From Pseudonocardia sp. (GTDB lineage: Bacteria > Actinomycetota > Actinomycetes > Mycobacteriales > Pseudonocardiaceae), in contig DASXJJ010000061.1 of the NCBI GenBank assembly GCA_036497465.1, positions 11,534 through 75,533 of the forward strand: a DNA stretch of 64,000 nt, in the 5' to 3' direction. The translations under genes and the position numbers were made by a program. This document shows positions 59,255-64,000 of this stretch, one piece after another. Under the pieces are notes generated by a model. That model worked only from the letters and a program-made list of their open reading frames with translations. It was not told the DNA's origin and did no database searches. Position 1 is the stretch's first letter, and every line of letters begins with the position of its first letter.

Positions 59255-59449
59255 GCCGGGTGGTCGGCCTCGCTCGGGCGGGCGCCGGCACCCTCCCGGT
59301 CCGGCCCCGGCGGGCGGGGAATCGACGGCCGGGCCCGGACGACGCATTACCCGTAATGGCGCTGGGCTGCTTACGGAAATGGTCTAACGAGCAACAGACC
59401 GGGGCCCTACGGTTTACGGCGGACGCAGTGTCCGGACCGGGCCGTAATG

Positions 59450-59633
59450 CACCGTCGGCGACCGTGGGCCGGGGAATGACGACGGTGGCGAACGCTGGGG
59501 CGCCAGGCTGTCCACCGGGGGATCGTGGACAGACTGGCGCTTGCGGGCCGCCCACCGGGGGGTTGTGGGCGGCCCGGACCAACGACGGCCCTGCCGTGAG
59601 GTACGCGATGACGGGGGGACACCGCGCGGGCCG
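59450..59633 (-). ncRNA. 6C-like small RNA with tandem C-rich-loop hairpins
   Basis: Hairpins 59603-59627 (C6 loop), 59544-59576 (12-bp stem, C6), 59500-59540 (15 of 16 paired, C5), weaker 59450-59487 (C4); CATAAT at 59645-59640; ends approximate. Confidence 0.75.
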
Positions 59634-59799
59634 GGATTTATTATGCAGAACTTACGAGCGAGGGAAATCTGCCCTTCGGGTTAATCCGAACGGTATACTC
59701 CGTCCGGTCCCAAGAATTACCGGAAACGTATATCTCCGCCGTCGAAATATTTTCGGCCGTCGAACGACCTCTCGGCCACGCTTCCCGCCGCCCTGTCCG

Positions 59800-60050
59800 G
59801 GCCGGCCAGCACCACCGTCCGGGGCCACTCGTCGTACAGGGTCCGCCGAGCGCCGCCCCAGGCTCCGGCGACGCAGTAGAGCCAGCCCAGCCCGAGTGTG
59901 GCGACGCCGATCGCGGCGGCCGCGCCCTTGGTAGACGAGCGCGCGCAGCGCCATGCGGCCCCGGGTGGCCGGGCGACCGGTGTCGGCGGCGAACACCGCC
60001 ACGCCCAGCAGCGCCTTGTCCGGGGTGGTGCCGCGCGGTAGCCGGGCAAG
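59800..60050 (-). pseudogene. RDD-family membrane protein remnant, frameshifted
   Basis: GTTPDKALLGVAV..TGRP..GRMALR then in another frame ..LGWL..RRTLYDEWPRTVVL. Confidence 0.6.
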
Positions 60051-60109
60051 GCGGGTCCTCGCGTGCCCATCGGACCTCCTCGGATCGGCGCCACATTCAG
60101 CTGTGTATC

Positions 60110-61137
60110 GGCGGCTGCTGCTGCTCGCCGAGGCCACCTCCGGCGCCGTGCTCCTCTACGCCAACGACCTGGCCCGGTGGAACCATCCCGAGCGCTACAC
60201 GGTCGCCGCGAGCGCGCACCCGATGCCCCAGACCGACGCTGGACCTGGTCCGGCGGAGCCACCCGGAGCTGGTCGCCCAGGGCGTGCAGGAGTACCGGGG
60301 CGTCTACCTGGTGCGCGGGCCGGCGGCCGGCCGCGACTCGGTGGCCGCGTTCGCGCTGTTCGGCGAGTCGATGACCGCGGGCAACTACCTGCTCGGCGTG
60401 CTCGGCGTCCTGATGATCTTCCTGGCCGTGTCCGGGGCGGTCACCTGGTGGCCGGGGCTCCGCGCGCTGGCCGCCGGGTTCACCGTGCGGCGGGGCAGGA
60501 GCGGCTACGTCCGGGACCTGGACCTGCGCCGGCTGGTGGGCATCCTGGCCGTGCCGTTCCTGCTCATGTGGGGGGTCACCGGCGCGGCGTTCTTCTACCA
60601 GTGGCCACAGCGGGCCTACTACGCCGCGCTGCCCGGCCGGTTCCACGACACCCCGGAGGCCCCGCCCCCCGGCCGGGGCCCGATGCTGACGCTCGCCCGG
60701 GCGACCGACGTCGCGCTGGCGGCACACCCCGGCGCGCGGGTCGCCGGGTTCACCGTGACCACCCCGGAGCAGCCCGGCGGCGGCTACGGCTTCCGGCTGG
60801 CCCGCGACCCGGACCCCGTACCGGTACTGGAACTACTCGGGTGCGCTCTACGTCGGCGTCGACAGCCACGGCGGCGGTGTGCGGGACTACTCCCCCGAGC
60901 GGCCGGGCACGCCGCTGAGCCAGCGCCTGTGGGACGACGGCACCCAACTACGGGTTGCACTTCGGCTCGCTGGTGCCGGGGCCGGCACGGGCGGTCTGGC
61001 TGCTGTTCGGGCTGACCCCGGTGCTGCTGGGCATCACCGGGGTGACCGTGTGGGTCACCGAGGCGCGCAGCGTGCGCAACCGGCGTCGACGGCGTCGATC
61101 CGCCGGCGGGCGGGACGGCCGCGGCCGAACGGCCTAA
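60110..61137 (+). pseudogene. PepSY-associated TM protein, several frameshifts
   Basis: TSGAVLLY; LAVSG...WWPG, DL.RLVG...PFLLMWGVTG; LWDD; LHFG...WLLFGLTP..LGITG split across frames. Confidence 0.8.
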
Positions 61138-61198
61138 CCAGCGCCGCCGGGGCCCTCACGAGTTGTTGGTCGGGAGTCACGGGCATACGGTGCCCGGC

Positions 61199-61573
61199 GT
61201 GACTCACCAGCCGGCCGACGAGCCTATCGGCATCACCGTGGACGAGCCCACGCCGGGCACCGCGGTGCTGCGGGTCGGCGGCGAGGTCGACATGCTCAGC
61301 TCGCCCCGGCTGCGCAAGACGGTCGCGGCGGCCCTGGAACCCGGCCTCCGTCACCTGGTGATCGAGCTGGACGGCGTGGACTTCCTGGGCACCAGCGGGC
61401 TGGCCGCCCTGGTCGAGGCGCGCTCCTCGGCCCAGGAGTGCGGCTGCCGGCTGACGCTGGCGTGCTCAACGCGCACCGTGCTCCGGCCGCTGCAGATCGC
61501 CGGCCTGCTGGAACTGTTCGCCGTGACCGGGTCCGTGGACGAGGCCCTGACCGCGACGCCGACGGAGGGCTGA
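61199..61573 (+). CDS. STAS anti-sigma-factor antagonist
   Basis: GEVDMLSSP.LR, V.FLGTSGL..LV. Confidence 0.93.
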   Translation: MTHQPADEPIGITVDEPTPGTAVLRVGGEVDMLSSPRLRKTVAAALEPGLRHLVIELDGVDFLGTSGLAALVEARSSAQECGCRLTLACSTRTVLRPLQIAGLLELFAVTGSVDEALTATPTEG

Positions 61574-61614
61574 GCCGGACTCCAGAAAATCTCCGCGAAG
61601 ATTTCGCCCTCCGA

Positions 61615-61640
61615 CGTTTGAGTACTCAGACGTCGGGGAA
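61615..61640 (+). promoter_or_regulatory. SigF/SigB-type promoter of whiB gene
   Basis: CGTTTGA-N11-TCGGGGAA. Confidence 0.7.
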
Positions 61641-61687
61641 CTACCTCCTCGGTCGGGGTCGCTGACCCCAGGAGAGAGGTGAATTAC

Positions 61688-61975
61688 GTGAGCGACGTTT
61701 CTCGTCTTCCGGGGCCGATGGAGCACGAGTGGCAGTGGCAGCGCCTCGGCTCGTGTCGGGGCATGGACAGTGCCACGTTCTTCCACCCGGACGGCGAACG
61801 AAACCCCTCCCGCGCCCGCCGTACCGCGCGGGCCAAGGAGGTCTGCTCGCGCTGCCCGGTCCTCGAGTCGTGCCGCGAGTTCGCGCTGCGCACCCGGGAG
61901 CCGTTCGGCGTCTGGGGCGGTCTGGCCGAGTCCGAGCGCCGTGCGATTCTCGACCGCACCGCGGTCGCCAGTTGA
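61688..61975 (+). CDS. WhiB-family Fe-S regulator (WhiD/WhiB3-like)
   Basis: SRLPGP..W.WQ..G.C, FFHPDGER, AK.VC..CPV..C, GVWGG. Confidence 0.93.
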   Translation: MSDVSRLPGPMEHEWQWQRLGSCRGMDSATFFHPDGERNPSRARRTARAKEVCSRCPVLESCREFALRTREPFGVWGGLAESERRAILDRTAVAS

Positions 61976-62188
61976 GTCGCCGCCGGGTGCGGATCACCCC
62001 CGAGGCTCCCAGCCTCCCCCTTACGTCCGACCCTCCGATGGGTCGTGCCCTCACGGTGCGGGTCGGATCGTCCTGACGACGGCCTCCACCACGATCGGCT
62101 CCCTTCCGGACGGTGTGCGGACTCCGGCCCGCCTGCCGTCCGGAAGGGGACCGAGCCCGTGCCCCGCGCGCCGCGGCTGCCCGGCCGG

Positions 62189-62782
62189 TCACCGGCCGAA
62201 GAACTCCCGACCGCCGCTCAGCGGCGTCACCTGGGCGGCCACCGCGTCCAGGGCCGCGTTCTTCCGCGTCCACTCCGGGCCGTCCAGCTCCAGGTCCACC
62301 TGCGCCACGTCCGAGGTGGCGGTGAAGTACAGCCGGCGCAGCCGGTAGACGGTCGCGATCCGGTCGGCGGCCTCGGCGACCACCCGCCTGCTCTGCTCCG
62401 CGCTGCCGTCGACGCCGGGCCCGAGCACGAACACCCCGGGCTCCGGGTCGAAGCCCACCAGCTCGCTCATCGCGGCAAGCAGGTCGTCCGCGCGCTCGGG
62501 GCCGAACGGGGCGGGCAGCGCCAGCCGGTGGGACAGCAACCCGGGCACCTCCAGCCGGGCCAGCGCCGCCGCGATCGTGCCGCGGGGGCTGTCGTCCCCC
62601 TCGGCCGCGACCAGCACGTCGCACGGCACCCCGGCCACGCCCAGCCGCTGGAACAGCCCGGACGCCGACAGCAGGAGCTCGGGCAGGTGCACCGTGACGG
62701 CCACCACCCGGCGGCACCGGCGCAGGGCGACGGGCAGCCGGTGGCCCGAGCCCCTCGGAGCGACGGATCCGGGAGAGGGCAT
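62189..62782 (-). CDS. Hypothetical protein, possibly degenerate PIG-L/LmbE-like fold
   Basis: RVVAVTVHLPELLL.ASG in place of HPDDE; W.RK.AAL....Q; E.F end; start uncertain. Confidence 0.5.
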   Translation of the reverse strand: MPSPGSVAPRGSGHRLPVALRRCRRVVAVTVHLPELLLSASGLFQRLGVAGVPCDVLVAAEGDDSPRGTIAAALARLEVPGLLSHRLALPAPFGPERADDLLAAMSELVGFDPEPGVFVLGPGVDGSAEQSRRVVAEAADRIATVYRLRRLYFTATSDVAQVDLELDGPEWTRKNAALDAVAAQVTPLSGGREFFGR

Positions 62783-63021
62783 CGACGACCACCCCCGTTC
62801 GCCCGCCACGCCGCGCAGCTCCCTGACGACCGGCACTGTACGGCCGTTGTCCCAGCTGCCCCCGCAGCCACACGGCAGAGCCGCCCAGCCGTCCGAGAAG
62901 ATCCACGAATGGTTGCGGGAGGGACAGGAGTGAACGAAACGCTCCGCCGAAGGGTCGGTGGGACACGGGGAAGGGGACCCCGGACTCGCGCTCGGAACCA
63001 GTCGCGGGCAGGATCTCGCCC

Positions 63022-63429
63022 GTGTCCGTAGCCGAGACCGATGATGAAGCGGTCGTGGAGATCCGGATCTCCGCGCGTCCCGAACTCATTCCCACCGTTC
63101 GCACGGTCGCCTCTGACCTGGCCGGCCGAGCCGACTTCGACCTAGACGCCATATCCGACCTGCGCATGGCGGTCGACGAGGCGTGCACCACGCTCATCGG
63201 CTTCGCCAGCGACGACGGGCTGAACTGCAAGTTCGTCCTGGACGCCGAGCGGATCGAGGTGACCGTCAGTGCCTCGTCCGTGCCGCCGGGCGCCGAGATC
63301 AGCACCGACAGCTTCGGCTGGCGGGTGTTGCAGACGCTGGCCGACGAGGTCAGCACCCTGCGCGGCGTCGACGGGCACGCCGACGCGCTCGCCATCCGAC
63401 TCACCAAGCAGTCCGGTGTGCCCCGGTGA
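63022..63429 (+). CDS. Anti-sigma factor RsbW/UsfX-like
   Basis: DFDLDAISDLRMAVDEAC, SFGWRVL.TL.D. Confidence 0.92.
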   Translation: MSVAETDDEAVVEIRISARPELIPTVRTVASDLAGRADFDLDAISDLRMAVDEACTTLIGFASDDGLNCKFVLDAERIEVTVSASSVPPGAEISTDSFGWRVLQTLADEVSTLRGVDGHADALAIRLTKQSGVPR

Positions 63430-64000
63430 GTTCGGCGTCAGCCACGCCAGACGGGCCTGACGAGTACCGCTCCACCAAGCCCGGAACGACCCAGGACGAC
63501 AGCCGCGCCGCGGAGCGCCCGGACGAGGCCGACGACGCCTCGAACCAGCGCGACGCCGAGTACCAGCACCTGGTGCCGCTGCTGTCCGAGTACGCCGACC
63601 TGGACCCGGACGACCCGCGCCGCGAGCCGCTGCGCGACCAGCTGGTCACCGGGTACCTGCCGGTGGCCCAGCACATCGCCCGGCGGTTCGCCCATCGCGG
63701 CGAACCGCTCGACGACCTGATCCAGGTGGCCACCGTGGGCCTGATCAACGCCGTCGACCGGTTCCAGCCCGACCGGGGCAGCGACTTCTTCTCCTTCGCG
63801 GTGCCCACCATCAGCGGGGAGGTGCGCCGGCACTTCCGCGACCAGGGCTGGTCGATGCGGGTGCCCCGGCGGCTGAAGGATCTGCACGTGGCGATCAACT
63901 CGGCGGTGTCCGAGCTGTCCCAGTCGCTCGGCCGCGCGCCCAGGCCCAGCGAGCTGGCCAGGAAGCTCAACCTGCCCGTGAACGAGGTCCTGGAGGGCCT
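63426..64000 (+). CDS. SigF/SigB-family sigma factor, 3'-truncated by window edge (missing from ORF track)
   Basis: GTGA overlap; HIARRF..RGEPLDDLIQVATVGLINAVDRF, FAVPTISGEVRRHFRD.GWSMRVPRRLK. Confidence 0.95.
   Translation, partial: MSSASATPDGPDEYRSTKPGTTQDDSRAAERPDEADDASNQRDAEYQHLVPLLSEYADLDPDDPRREPLRDQLVTGYLPVAQHIARRFAHRGEPLDDLIQVATVGLINAVDRFQPDRGSDFFSFAVPTISGEVRRHFRDQGWSMRVPRRLKDLHVAINSAVSELSQSLGRAPRPSELARKLNLPVNEVLEG

Noticed and set aside
59251..59934. 227-aa ORF across the MarR-RDD gap
   Set aside because: No recognisable domain, atypical composition, and it overlaps the structured RNA antisense
1..64000. Mobile elements, prophage, defence systems, rRNA/tRNA
   Set aside because: No transposase, integrase, phage or defence motifs and no tRNA/rRNA-like sequence recognised

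Overview
High-GC actinobacterial chromosomal segment; SsgA, WhiB, a mycothiol-dependent enzyme, an F420 reductase and SigF/RsbW suggest a filamentous actinomycete, possibly Pseudonocardiaceae (inference). It holds about 60 mostly metabolic, envelope and regulatory genes, and I see no rRNA, tRNA, CRISPR, prophage or IS element. Gene blocks: Tm-1/TIM-barrel/SRPBCC operon; a lipid cluster (ferredoxin and reductase, WS/DGAT, HAD-PlsC, SDR, PEP-utiliser-like, TetR, ABC ATPase, GAF-LuxR); an envelope cluster (deacetylase, GT-C-like, PAP2, L,D-transpeptidase); ilvD; a split transketolase; three flavin monooxygenases; an OmpR two-component system; CinA; CopA; and a SigF partner-switch locus running off the right end. 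The strongest signals are not annotated by the ORF track: a 6C-like sRNA with 3-4 C-loop hairpins (about 59450-59633, minus), a SoxR-type palindrome in a 19-bp-spacer leaderless promoter of the split transketolase, a Cys-containing leader peptide ahead of the monooxygenases, two matching SigF-type promoters 54 kb apart, and a CsoR/RicR box before copA. Several apparent pseudoenzymes and decayed genes are also present. All calls come from reading motifs by eye; no searches were run.
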